From Bacteriovoracia bacterium (GTDB taxonomy: Bacteria > Bdellovibrionota > Bacteriovoracia > Bacteriovoracales > Bacteriovoracaceae), in contig JBKHVI010000002.1 of assembly GCA_046570105.1 (NCBI GenBank), positions 74,737-138,736 on the forward strand: a DNA stretch of 64,000 nt, read 5' to 3'. Both the position numbers and the translations under genes were made by a program. The notes beneath the pieces were generated by a model, which saw only the letters and a program-made list of their open reading frames with translations, did not search any database and was not told the DNA's origin. Of the stretch, positions 46,306 to 56,161 are shown one piece after another. Each line of letters opens with the position of its first letter. Within the stretch, counting starts at the first letter, position 1.

Positions 46306-47240
46306 GCCGCTTTTTTTGACAACAATTGCTTCATGGCCTCTCGGCCTTTTACAATAAATTTCTCGAGTCGTTGGGACATGATTTCATTCGAGGCCTTGAG
46401 GGCATCAAATTTGAGATAGAGATATATGTCATTAGTTTGAGAAAAATCAAAGCGTGAAGCAATTTGAAAGTCGTTACAATCGAGATTAAAGGCTTCTTGC
46501 TTATTCTGCGTGTAAAAAGGATTAGTACCCCATTTGGCAATGCTAGTTTTAAATGTTTGCCAGTCATTGGCCTTTGATACCTCATCGAGTCCAGAAGTTT
46601 TGACTAATAAACGTAATTTGCGATGAGGACGAATGCCTTTGAAAAATTGTTTCGATTGGCATCTTAGTAATAGTCCACCCGAGGTGATTTGTTCTAGATC
46701 AAGCATGCCAGCTTCACCATAATGATTACCAAACTCAACGAGCAAGCGACTTTTGGTGCGAAGACGGAATTCCCGTTGAGGAAGCTTTCCTTGCAGCAAA
46801 AAGACTAAAATAAAGTCTTGGTATGTATGAACATTAAAGCAATCGGTGATCGATAACTTCTTATAGGGACCAGATGGAGAAATAAACGAGACATCATAGG
46901 GAGCATGAGGATGAGAATCCGCCTTCCATAAACGCTCCAAGATAAAATCTTGATAGAGTTCAAACAAACTTGTGTGAAGAGTTTCTCCATTGCCACGAAT
47001 CCAAACTGGCATCAGTCGCAGTTTATTTAGCTCTGATAGTTTTGTTTCGTATTCATTACGAAGGATTGGGTCACGAGATATTCGATCCTGATAAAATCGA
47101 CAAGATTCTTGAAAATCAGTCCAATGAAAACTAATCGGGCCTTGCTCGTTTAGGATCATCACTTCATTTAGGCTTTTCTCGCTTAGAGAACTCGGGATTT
47201 CATTCCAAGTTTCAGAGCTATTGAGGGAGAGCACAGACAT
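46302..47240 (-). CDS. Hypothetical protein with possible degenerate PilZ domain
   Basis: QREFRL followed about 20 residues later by LEQITSGGLLL. Confidence 0.5.
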   Translation of the reverse strand: MSVLSLNSSETWNEIPSSLSEKSLNEVMILNEQGPISFHWTDFQESCRFYQDRISRDPILRNEYETKLSELNKLRLMPVWIRGNGETLHTSLFELYQDFILERLWKADSHPHAPYDVSFISPSGPYKKLSITDCFNVHTYQDFILVFLLQGKLPQREFRLRTKSRLLVEFGNHYGEAGMLDLEQITSGGLLLRCQSKQFFKGIRPHRKLRLLVKTSGLDEVSKANDWQTFKTSIAKWGTNPFYTQNKQEAFNLDCNDFQIASRFDFSQTNDIYLYLKFDALKASNEIMSQRLEKFIVKGREAMKQLLSKKAA

Positions 47241-47345
47241 GCAAATACCTTTTATTTAAAACGAGAAAAGCAGCAAAAGCCGCTCTCATAGTTTAAAACC
47301 CAGCCGCATTTTTTCAAAGTATCAAAGTGCTATGTCTCATTTTGC

Positions 47346-48506
47346 CTAAGCACTTTCTCCTGAACCACGTACTAGCTGAATAAAACTAGGGTTATCACGA
47401 CGAAACTGAATAAATGAAAAGAGAGTAAATATCAGAGATATCAAAAAGGGAACGCAAAATGCGATGGTTACAAGTTGAGGATTGATTTCAATCGGAAAAT
47501 GTCTTTCGACAAAAATATCTGGCATCAAATCATGACCGTATCGCTCAAGAATAACTAAGAACATTCCCCCGACTCCCACCCCCAGAAGACAAACAACAAA
47601 GGAGAGCTGAAGCACAAAGCCCAACACCAATCGCTCTATCTTTCTGACCGAGAGACCCAAGAGCCAAAAGCTGGCCAAATCGGGACGAATTTTAGCGAAA
47701 AATAAGAATAATCCGGTGGTAATGGCCAAGGCCACTAAGAGCGCCATAGCACCAAACAATGAAAGCATAACTCTTGTTTCAAGATTGAGGGCCCAGACTA
47801 AAGTCTGATTCTGCTCTTCCCAGCTTACAAACTGAACATCATCTGAAGCCGGCAATGACTTTTTAACCTCAAGCCAAGCTTCTGCGGAGTAGAAACGCCA
47901 ACGATCGGCCCCACGACGACGCAAAAGGTTTTGCACGATAGGGAGTCTCGCCCACCCGTGCATAGCATCGAGTTCCATCACATCGCTTAAGACATAATCA
48001 CTCACTCCGACGGCCAACTGACGAGGAATCTCCCCCATCAAGGCCTCGGTAGTGGCAGGAGAAATGAGACGGACATCGGCAAAAAATGTGGTGCGAAGTT
48101 TTTGCGCTAGATCAGCTCCCAGCACGAGACCAGTCATCTCTTTTTTCTCTAGGAAGGCAGGACGAACCCCATTGAGATCCACTCCATGAAGAATGAGAGG
48201 GGCCACATGGCCTTCATGGCGAACGAGGACTTCGGTTTGCATTTCTCTGGTGAAGGCCCATTTGTTGCTCTTATATTTTTCCCATGATGCCGACTCTAGA
48301 GCTGGGTCATGAAAACGAACAACACCTACTCCATGATAGGACTTTGAACGGGCGATGAGGCCTCGCTGAAGACCACCCATAATACCTTGGATGATCATCA
48401 GTGCCGAGGAAGAAAGAAAAAGCCCCGCCAGCGCCAAGAACAAAAGTCCTTGGCGAGTGCGGGCACGAAAAAGATAATTCAAAAAGTAGCGATAAAACGC
48501 AGTCAT
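47346..48506 (-). CDS. ABC transporter permease, LolC/LolE family
   Basis: TM1 with IMGGLQ, periplasmic domain (LHGVD, LVLGADLA), SWEEQN and three C-terminal TMs. Confidence 0.8.
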   Translation of the reverse strand: MTAFYRYFLNYLFRARTRQGLLFLALAGLFLSSSALMIIQGIMGGLQRGLIARSKSYHGVGVVRFHDPALESASWEKYKSNKWAFTREMQTEVLVRHEGHVAPLILHGVDLNGVRPAFLEKKEMTGLVLGADLAQKLRTTFFADVRLISPATTEALMGEIPRQLAVGVSDYVLSDVMELDAMHGWARLPIVQNLLRRRGADRWRFYSAEAWLEVKKSLPASDDVQFVSWEEQNQTLVWALNLETRVMLSLFGAMALLVALAITTGLFLFFAKIRPDLASFWLLGLSVRKIERLVLGFVLQLSFVVCLLGVGVGGMFLVILERYGHDLMPDIFVERHFPIEINPQLVTIAFCVPFLISLIFTLFSFIQFRRDNPSFIQLVRGSGESA

Positions 48507-50629
48507 TATAAGTCGTAAAAGCGTTTTTTGGATTGCGCTAATTCGACAAGCAACGGAGCTGGATGATAGCGCTCTTGCGAGACCTCCGAAGCAAACTGCT
48601 GCATGGCCGAAAGGATTCGATCTAGTCCTTCAGCATCGGCATACATTAACAATCCTCCCTTGAACGGAGGAAAGCCCGTACCATAAATCATTCCAAGATC
48701 GACCACTGAGGCCTTATCAATAATTTTATCGGCCAAGCAGTAAGCAGCCTCGTTAATCATGGGAAGAAACAAACGCATCTGCAGCAAGGTTTCATCGATA
48801 CTTAAAGACTTCGTTGGCAATAGCGCTTCTACTTCAGGATTACGGCCGGCGACTTTGCCTTTTTCATCATAAAGGAAAAAGCCTTTATTGTTTTTGCGCC
48901 CCAGTGCCCCTGTCTGTGTCAGTCTTGTTGATAGGGCCGATGCTTTTGCGCGAGTTCCAAGTCCCGCTTCCATAATCTTGCCCACTTTCTCACAGACATC
49001 GAGTCCCACTTCATCCATCAAACGGCATGGCCCCATGGGCATACCAAAATTCAACGCCGCCTGATCGATGTCTTGGATAGAGACGCCAGCTTCTAGTAAA
49101 TAGGCCGCTTCGTTAAGATAAGGTGCCAAAATACGATTGACTAAAAAACCGGGGCCGTCATTCACGATCACCGGTGTTTTTTTAACTTCAAGCGCCCACT
49201 TATAGAGCGTCTGCAACGTTTTTTGAGAAGCACCGGGGTGAGCAATAATTTCTACCAACGGCATTTTGTTAACGGGATTGAAGAAATGTAGACCGGCAAA
49301 GCGAGAGGAATCTTTCAAGGCTCCCGCCATCTCTGTCACAGACAGAGAAGACGTATTTGAAGTCAGTAAACAATCTGGACGCACTTTGGTTTCAAGCTCA
49401 GCAAAAACTTTTTTCTTAACATCCATATTTTCAACAACAGCTTCAACCACCAAATCAACTCCTTTAAAACCATCGAAGGTCAAAGTCGGGGTGATTGAGC
49501 GCATTTTGCGATTGAATTCATCTTCGCTCATGCGTCTTTTACGAAGGGCCGATGAGAAATTCCCAGAGGCCTGTTTTAGTCCTAGTTCGAGTGCTGGTTG
49601 AGAAATATCTTTCATCAAAGGAGCTTGGTCACTATTAGCAAACAGCCATGCAATGCCGCCACCCATGACACCCGCACCAAGAACTCCCCCACGTTTAATA
49701 CTAGGAAGCTGGTCTTTGTTTTCAATTTTTTTTGAATTATCTGTTAAAAAGAAAATGTGCTGAAGATTTCGTGACACCACTGTTTGAGAGAGATCCCCAA
49801 AGGCCTGCGCCTCCATGGCAAGATAAGCATCGCGCCCTTTACCAGCTCCAGCATCTAACACTTCTAGAATTTTCAAAGGAGCGGGATAGAAGCCTTTGGA
49901 TTGCTCCATGACTTTCTCGTGGGCCTTTTGAAAAATTATTTTACGAGTCAAAAAATTCTCTGTCGCCACTCGCTCAAACGCTTTCTCTAAGCCACTTTTC
50001 TTTGATGGAACGGGTTTCATGATGAGAGCAGGAACAAGTTCCAACATTCTCTCAGTGGGAAGGATGGCCTCGACTAATCCCATTTTAAGTGCGGCTCGCC
50101 CTCTCACTTGGCGACCAGTTAAAATCATATCAAGCGCATTTGGTAATCCTACTTTACGAGGCAAACGATAAGTACCGCCAAAACCTGGCAAAACTCCCAG
50201 CATCACTTCGGGAAGACCAAGTGCCGTCTTAGAATTATCAGAAGCATAAATTCGCTCACAGGCCAAAGACAACTCAAGCCCCCCTCCCAAACACACGCCA
50301 TCAACCACAGCGGCAGTAGGAATCTTGAGATCCTCAATCATGTTGTAGAGCAGCTGACCATGCTCAGCACCGCGGGCAGCTTCGGCTTCCGTTTTGAGAG
50401 AGTTAATTAATGAAATATCAACTCCTGCTAAAAACACACCTGGCTTATGAGAGAAAAAGATCAACGCCTTAATTTCTTTTTTCTGTTTGGCCTGAATTTC
50501 TGTCAGTACCCGTCGCATTTCCTCCATGGCGTCTCTCGAAAGAGTCGTCATGGATTTCTTTTCATATTTCCCAAAGCCCACATAGGCGATGTGATTTTTA
50601 ATTTCAAAGGTGAGCGTCTGCAAGTTCAT
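48506..50629 (-). CDS. fadJ: Fatty acid oxidation complex alpha subunit (enoyl-CoA hydratase / 3-hydroxyacyl-CoA dehydrogenase)
   Basis: CLGGGLE, GLPEV..GVLPG, LGAGVMGGG, EAVVE, SNTSSL, HFFNP and GFLVNR; start at ATG 50629 with SD GAGG. Confidence 0.9.
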   Translation of the reverse strand: MNLQTLTFEIKNHIAYVGFGKYEKKSMTTLSRDAMEEMRRVLTEIQAKQKKEIKALIFFSHKPGVFLAGVDISLINSLKTEAEAARGAEHGQLLYNMIEDLKIPTAAVVDGVCLGGGLELSLACERIYASDNSKTALGLPEVMLGVLPGFGGTYRLPRKVGLPNALDMILTGRQVRGRAALKMGLVEAILPTERMLELVPALIMKPVPSKKSGLEKAFERVATENFLTRKIIFQKAHEKVMEQSKGFYPAPLKILEVLDAGAGKGRDAYLAMEAQAFGDLSQTVVSRNLQHIFFLTDNSKKIENKDQLPSIKRGGVLGAGVMGGGIAWLFANSDQAPLMKDISQPALELGLKQASGNFSSALRKRRMSEDEFNRKMRSITPTLTFDGFKGVDLVVEAVVENMDVKKKVFAELETKVRPDCLLTSNTSSLSVTEMAGALKDSSRFAGLHFFNPVNKMPLVEIIAHPGASQKTLQTLYKWALEVKKTPVIVNDGPGFLVNRILAPYLNEAAYLLEAGVSIQDIDQAALNFGMPMGPCRLMDEVGLDVCEKVGKIMEAGLGTRAKASALSTRLTQTGALGRKNNKGFFLYDEKGKVAGRNPEVEALLPTKSLSIDETLLQMRLFLPMINEAAYCLADKIIDKASVVDLGMIYGTGFPPFKGGLLMYADAEGLDRILSAMQQFASEVSQERYHPAPLLVELAQSKKRFYDL

Positions 50630-50636
50630 ATCATCC

Positions 50637-51923
50637 TCAGTTCTGTAAATTTTCAATCAAGGTGGCACCACCTTGTCCGCCGCCGATACACAAAGTGGCC
50701 AATCCATAGCGCTGCTTACGACGACGAAGCTCGTGAGCGAGAGTCACTACTAAACGAGAGCCCGTTGATCCTACCGGGTGGCCTAAAGCAATTCCCCCGC
50801 CATTCACATTGAGTTTTTCAGCAGGAATTTCACCCACGGCTTCGATCCCCCACTTAGCAGCGAGAGTGTTGTCTTTCATCACTCGCTGACAACCAATAAC
50901 TTGAGCGGCGAAAGCTTCGTTTAATTCCACGAGATCCATTTGCGAGAGATTCATGCCCGTGCGCTTGAGCACACCATGAGTCGCGAGTACAGGACCCAGT
51001 CCCATGCGCTCAGGCTCAAGGCCATGGAAGTAATAGTCCACCATGCGGGCCATTGGATTAAGATTATATTTTTTGACGGCTTCTTCAGAACACATCAACC
51101 AAACAGAACCACCGTCTGTAATGGGACATGCGTTGCCGACTGTCACAGTGCCGGTACCTTTTTCGAAGTATGGCTTCATTTTACCGAGGCCTTCAACGGT
51201 TGAGTTAGCTCGTGGACCCACGTCATCATTTAAAACACGATCAAGGCTTTTTCCCATCGTAATTGGAAGGATCTCATCTTTAAAACGGCCCTCTTTGGCC
51301 GCGGCCACAGCTCGCTGGTGAGAGCGATTAGCGAACTCATCTTGCTCTAATCGAGTAATACCCAGTTCACGGGCAAGTTTCTCAGCGGTCTGGCCCATAT
51401 TAAGTCCACAGAAAGGATCAGTGAGGCCCTGCTCAATAGCGATGATGGGTTTTAAATAATCAGGGCGAAACTTTGAGATGAGCGCGAGCTTCTGCATACT
51501 CGATTTGGCCTTCATGAGATCTACAAACAGTGCTGTCATCTTTTTGCTAAACAACAGCGGCATTTGACTCATACTCTCCGCACCACCGGCAAAAATCACG
51601 TGGGAGCGGCCAGAGACGATTTTGTCAAAACCTTGTGAGAGCGCTTCCATGCCAGAAGCACAGTTGCGATGTACGGTGTAGCCCGAAGTTTTTTTATCAA
51701 GGCCCGCTTCTAGCGCGATCACGCGGCCGACATTGGGATATTTTGCGGGAGTTCCGGTGTTACCAATGATGACTTCATCGACTGCATCGGCCGGCAGGCC
51801 ATGTTTATCCATCAAATGACGTATGAGATAGTGAGCGAGATATGGGGCCGCGACTTCTTGTAAATCTGCGCCTGACTTCACTTGCGGGGTACGCTTGCCT
51901 TCCACGAGGTATACAGCTTTCAT
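50637..51923 (-). CDS. fadI: Acetyl-CoA C-acyltransferase (thiolase)
   Basis: NCASG, NEAFA, GHPVG and CIGGGQG. Confidence 0.92.
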   Translation of the reverse strand: MKAVYLVEGKRTPQVKSGADLQEVAAPYLAHYLIRHLMDKHGLPADAVDEVIIGNTGTPAKYPNVGRVIALEAGLDKKTSGYTVHRNCASGMEALSQGFDKIVSGRSHVIFAGGAESMSQMPLLFSKKMTALFVDLMKAKSSMQKLALISKFRPDYLKPIIAIEQGLTDPFCGLNMGQTAEKLARELGITRLEQDEFANRSHQRAVAAAKEGRFKDEILPITMGKSLDRVLNDDVGPRANSTVEGLGKMKPYFEKGTGTVTVGNACPITDGGSVWLMCSEEAVKKYNLNPMARMVDYYFHGLEPERMGLGPVLATHGVLKRTGMNLSQMDLVELNEAFAAQVIGCQRVMKDNTLAAKWGIEAVGEIPAEKLNVNGGGIALGHPVGSTGSRLVVTLAHELRRRKQRYGLATLCIGGGQGGATLIENLQN

Positions 51924-52001
51924 GAGACCTATCCTTGGTATGGGGAATTCACTAATTGATTTTAAATCTCAATCAAGCTTACGCCAAGGATTTGCGAGAA
52001 T

Positions 52002-52030
52002 AAAAAAGGCCCTCAATGAGGGCCTTTTTT
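52002..52030. terminator. Terminator with A/T tracts on both sides
   Basis: AAAAAAGGCCCTCA-a-TGAGGGCCTTTTTT. Confidence 0.85.
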
Positions 52031-52050
52031 AAGATCATGTGAGGAAAGAC

Positions 52051-53199
52051 TTAGAACACTACCAACACACCTGCGAAGATCGACAACGCGTTGGATTGAA
52101 TAATGTCGTCACCTAGCTCTTGCAAGCGGCGTTGGTCTGGAGCATTGAACGGATTTACTCCGCTATCACCTTCAGATCCACCGAAGCCACGTGAGTATTG
52201 GAACTCAACATTCAGGCCAACTGTGCGAGTGATCAAGACTTCAGTACCGGCCGTCAAAGTTCCTGTGGCGTAGCTTGAAGTATGTTTCTCGTTACCAAAG
52301 TTATTACCGAACTGAGCAAACTCGCTGTTGTCAGCATACTCAAGACTCATGCGGTTATAACCAAGACCTGCACCAATGTAAGGACGGAAGCGCTCACCAC
52401 GAGTGATGAAGAACTTACCGTAAAGATCCACTCCGATATTGCTGTACTTAATTTCGCGAGCATTACCGTAGATATTGTTATAGCCAAAACCATAAGCTTG
52501 GTTGCCGTAAACATTAGCGAAGTCTTGCGTAGAGAATTGGCCGTAGTTGATGCCAACACCCATGCTGAAACGATCGTTAATGTTACTTTCAAGACGAAGA
52601 CCGCCAGCAAATTCTGTTTCAAGCTTCTCAGCTTCACCTTGGAAGTTTGTTACTCCACCGTAAGGAAGAAGTTTAATTTCTTCAAATGGCTTCAATGGAC
52701 CTGCTGCTTCGGGAGCTTTGGCTTCAATCACTTGAGCAGGAGCGGCCTGAGCAGTTGTTACCACGTCCTGAACTTCAACTGGTTCTGCTTTCTTCTTCAC
52801 CCATTTGGCGCAGTCTGGATGAGTTGATTCTTCCAACAAACACTTCAAACGTTTTTCGTTTTCAGCCGTCTTTTGGTTGAATTCTTTGATCGCTTTTTGC
52901 GATTCGATTTTGCCGTCGATATATTCGTCTTGGCTATCAAGGAGCTTTTCAGTTTGACCTGAGAGCTTATTCAATTCCTTGGCCTTCTCTTTATTCAATT
53001 GAGTCATGGTCTTTTGCTTACCAAGCTCAGACTTGATGCCTTCAAGCTCACCATCAGTGACTGGCTTGTCATGAAGATAGCCATCCACATTGATAGGTGC
53101 TGAGTTCAACACATCTGTTTCTTCACTTTGTGCCATCGCCTGGCCAAAGCTCATCCCTACGATCAGGGCCAAAGCTAGAGTTTTCGTGTGGGCCTTCAT
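52051..53199 (-). CDS. Outer-membrane beta-barrel protein with N-terminal coiled coil
   Basis: Signal peptide, coiled-coil region with a Cys pair, OmpA/OmpW-type barrel motif RPYIGAGLGY and terminal F. Confidence 0.8.
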   Translation of the reverse strand: MKAHTKTLALALIVGMSFGQAMAQSEETDVLNSAPINVDGYLHDKPVTDGELEGIKSELGKQKTMTQLNKEKAKELNKLSGQTEKLLDSQDEYIDGKIESQKAIKEFNQKTAENEKRLKCLLEESTHPDCAKWVKKKAEPVEVQDVVTTAQAAPAQVIEAKAPEAAGPLKPFEEIKLLPYGGVTNFQGEAEKLETEFAGGLRLESNINDRFSMGVGINYGQFSTQDFANVYGNQAYGFGYNNIYGNAREIKYSNIGVDLYGKFFITRGERFRPYIGAGLGYNRMSLEYADNSEFAQFGNNFGNEKHTSSYATGTLTAGTEVLITRTVGLNVEFQYSRGFGGSEGDSGVNPFNAPDQRRLQELGDDIIQSNALSIFAGVLVVF

Positions 53200-53375
53200 A
53201 TCTTCCTCCTCAGGAGTCTTTTAAAATCTAAAAATACTAAGTTCTAAAAACTAATTTGTGCTTTGCGTTACATGTTAGCGAGAAAACGCTTTCGCTGGCG
53301 TAAAACCCCATAGGACATGTAAAATTGACAGGGTTTTGCCCTTTCACTTTCGTTCACTCAGCTGCAAGGTAACTC

Positions 53376-54548
53376 ATGTTGACACGATTACAGATAGTTA
53401 TGCTCCTACTTGCCTTCGCTATTCCGGCACAAGCTCAATGGGCGCCAGGTGTGCGGCCCTTAATGGAGTCGACAAGTAGCAAGGCCACTCATCTTGCAAA
53501 TCCGGCAGTGGCGACCTTTTGGGGAGGCTTTCGGCGCTTTCGTTTTTTTACCCATAATGATGGTGGAATCGAGAAGTTCAAATCATCGCTCTTTAAAGCG
53601 GGTGAATTCCCTATCTATTTCTCGCAAAAGCCCTTTAGGGCCCAACTTTTTGTGTTTATGCCTGGAATATACGGTCAGCCCGGCAAGGGTTTAACGGCCC
53701 AATTCGTTGATTTTCTTGAGAAAATACCCGGACATGTGCTGGTGGTACCGAACCTTTTGGGGCCCGATTATGTGGAAGCTCATCCATTATATAAGACAGA
53801 TCCGGTGGCGCTGGAAGTTCAGGTTATGGAAGAGGCACTCGATTACGTTATTAGGAAAATTGGTGATCGGGTTTCACGGGTCGAGATTATCGCCGAAAGC
53901 TTGGGTACGGCCGTTGGCTCTGCCTGGGCGGCCCATGATTCCGCTCATCAAAAAAGAATCAGCGGGCTGACTCTGTTGTGGCCACCACTGAATCTTCCCG
54001 TCGCCATGAAAAACTTTGATGCCATAATCAATGAGTATCGCCCGGCCGCTGAAAAATGCAGCACGCCTTTTAAACTTTACGTGCTCGCACGTGAGTTTGC
54101 CTTAAAATACTACCCCGCACGCTTAAGTAAGGATGAAGAGGACTGTATGTCGGCGCTGGTGTTGGTGGATGGCTTTGTGAAAGCAACAAAGGTTTCTTGG
54201 CGCTCTCATGTCAAGGCCACCAAAGCGACGGGCCCTGAGCCCGAAGGATTTGAGGAATACTTTCGTCGCTATCGCAGCGAACTTTGGGAGCTGCTAGAAA
54301 AAAAAGATGAGCGGCTCACCCTGACTCATTGGATGAAACAGATTCGCCAAGCTCACACCATGAAAGTTCGTATTATGACTTCAGAAAATGATTTTCTTAA
54401 TCGCGGGCTTAATTGGAACACATTTAAATCTGAACATCAGTTAACAAGTGATGAACTCATCATTCTGCCATGGGGTGGTCATTCGGGGGCCGTCAGTGTT
54501 GCTGAATTTTATCGAGTCTTGGAGATGACTTTTAGCGAGGCAAACTAA
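53376..54548 (+). CDS. Secreted alpha/beta hydrolase
   Basis: Signal peptide, MPGIYG, AESLG nucleophile, NDF and GGHSG. Confidence 0.7.
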   Translation: MLTRLQIVMLLLAFAIPAQAQWAPGVRPLMESTSSKATHLANPAVATFWGGFRRFRFFTHNDGGIEKFKSSLFKAGEFPIYFSQKPFRAQLFVFMPGIYGQPGKGLTAQFVDFLEKIPGHVLVVPNLLGPDYVEAHPLYKTDPVALEVQVMEEALDYVIRKIGDRVSRVEIIAESLGTAVGSAWAAHDSAHQKRISGLTLLWPPLNLPVAMKNFDAIINEYRPAAEKCSTPFKLYVLAREFALKYYPARLSKDEEDCMSALVLVDGFVKATKVSWRSHVKATKATGPEPEGFEEYFRRYRSELWELLEKKDERLTLTHWMKQIRQAHTMKVRIMTSENDFLNRGLNWNTFKSEHQLTSDELIILPWGGHSGAVSVAEFYRVLEMTFSEAN

Positions 54549-54753
54549 AAGTTTTGTAATTGCCATCAATCCCGCCGCCGCTATTTTCAGAACCAAAGAA
54601 GCGCTGAGACTGGGAGAGGTATTTATTGATCAAGCTATCTGGATTAGTGAGGACATACTCATTTACTTTTTCAAAAAAGGTAAACGACAACATGATCATC
54701 ACACTGACGAGAAGGATATATTCAACAGAAGTTTGTCCCGCTTGGTTTTTCAC
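54532..54753 (-). CDS. Small Flp/Tad-type pilin-like protein (class III signal peptide)
   Basis: KNQAG|QTSVEYILLVSVMI cleavage motif with Glu+5 and Tyr+6; likely GTG start at 54753. Confidence 0.65.
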   Translation of the reverse strand: MKNQAGQTSVEYILLVSVMIMLSFTFFEKVNEYVLTNPDSLINKYLSQSQRFFGSENSGGGIDGNYKTFSLPR

Positions 54754-54799
54754 TCTTTGATTATATCGTGAAACTGGTCTGCTCACCTAGCTAGGTAAA

Positions 54800-56161
54800 T
54801 CAGTTCAAATCCCAGAGAACCTCAGTCAGGTAACCTAAGAGCCCAAAGCGCTCTGTCATTAAAGGTCCCCAATATTGAACGCCTTTAAGTGTCCGTTTAT
54901 CAACTCGATCAATAATATTAATCTGGCGTTTGGCATGAAGAGAAATGGCACTTGTACGTGAATTTTCAACAGCTTCTTCGACCCATAAATCCCAACTCGC
55001 CCCTCGCTGAGACATTTCCCAACGATCCGCTGGCCAGTCGAGTGCCTCACTGACTAACGGTCGTGCTAGCTCAAGTGCTTCGTTGACATAAAATTCTGGC
55101 TTAGCTCCCGGCCGCTCTTCGACAAGAACTTGTAAACGAGTCCCCTTAGGCAACTCTTCTAAAAGCATCATAGGAATATCGGTGCCCATTAAACGAGAAG
55201 CCGTTAAACACACCAGCTCAGGTTTAGCTTCTTCGAGCGATTGCGTAGGGTCTTCCGGCCAAAAACTCTCAAGCCCACGATAGACTTTACTGTTGAACAC
55301 GCATTGAAGTGTGCCATCAGTGGCCGGCAGGCCATACATCAAGAGACGGTCATGGGCGACCACTCCTTCATAGCTATCTAATAGTGCCGCTTCCACTTTG
55401 CCATCCCATAGCTGCCATGATTGCACGCGCGTGCGTTTAATATGGGCACCAGAGTTGATTAACTCACGTGAAAGCTCTCGTTCAAACCAACGCTCATCTA
55501 ATTCCCATTGAGGAGAAAGCAAACGAAGCGCCAAATAGCTCGCCTCATAAGAGCTGAAAGCGTACTTCACCACTTGTCCAGTAACAGTGGAGTGGGCCGC
55601 AACAAGTTGAGAGAGGGCACCATCTTGAGGTTTTTGATAAGGACGCAGCAGCTCCTCAGAAAAAAGACGTTGAAACTCCGCCAACCATGGGGCACCCGTA
55701 AAAGTAAAATTACTTGCAGCACGGTGACGAACTAATGGGGAGCGAAACCAATCCAGAAAGGCTTTTTGTACTTTGAGAAAATCATTGTCGAGAGTTTCAC
55801 TTTCAAGCGCTGCCAATAGCGTTGGTGTTTGGAAAACACTGAACTTACGAACAAACTCGCGCAGATTATCACGCACACTCGATCCCGTGACCCATTGAAA
55901 CTGAGGAGTTTGAATTTTAATCGTTGCTGGACGCAAGAAATTATCTAATGAAGCAAGTGGAGTGACATTATGGCGAGAGCCCAACTCTTGTAAAAGCTGC
56001 ACTTCTAATTGGGTAAGCCAACGATGGCCACCGGAAGCCGTGGAGAGTTTGAGATCATCAATCACCAATACTTCACGGCCTTTCATTCGCCACAAAAGTG
56101 CATGGAGTAATCCCCATGGTGTGCGGCCCCAGAATACGGCTTCGTAGCGGTTCTTCAACAT
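54800..56161 (-). CDS. Hypothetical protein with degenerate FAD/Rossmann-like N-terminus
   Basis: AVFWGRTPWGLLHALL..GREVLVID. Confidence 0.55.
   Translation of the reverse strand: MLKNRYEAVFWGRTPWGLLHALLWRMKGREVLVIDDLKLSTASGGHRWLTQLEVQLLQELGSRHNVTPLASLDNFLRPATIKIQTPQFQWVTGSSVRDNLREFVRKFSVFQTPTLLAALESETLDNDFLKVQKAFLDWFRSPLVRHRAASNFTFTGAPWLAEFQRLFSEELLRPYQKPQDGALSQLVAAHSTVTGQVVKYAFSSYEASYLALRLLSPQWELDERWFERELSRELINSGAHIKRTRVQSWQLWDGKVEAALLDSYEGVVAHDRLLMYGLPATDGTLQCVFNSKVYRGLESFWPEDPTQSLEEAKPELVCLTASRLMGTDIPMMLLEELPKGTRLQVLVEERPGAKPEFYVNEALELARPLVSEALDWPADRWEMSQRGASWDLWVEEAVENSRTSAISLHAKRQINIIDRVDKRTLKGVQYWGPLMTERFGLLGYLTEVLWDLN

Noticed and set aside
52282..52827. 181-aa antisense ORF, and other short shadow ORFs such as 17434-17871, 23647-24024 and 59055-59450
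   Set aside because: Lie wholly opposite well-supported genes and are explained by codon bias
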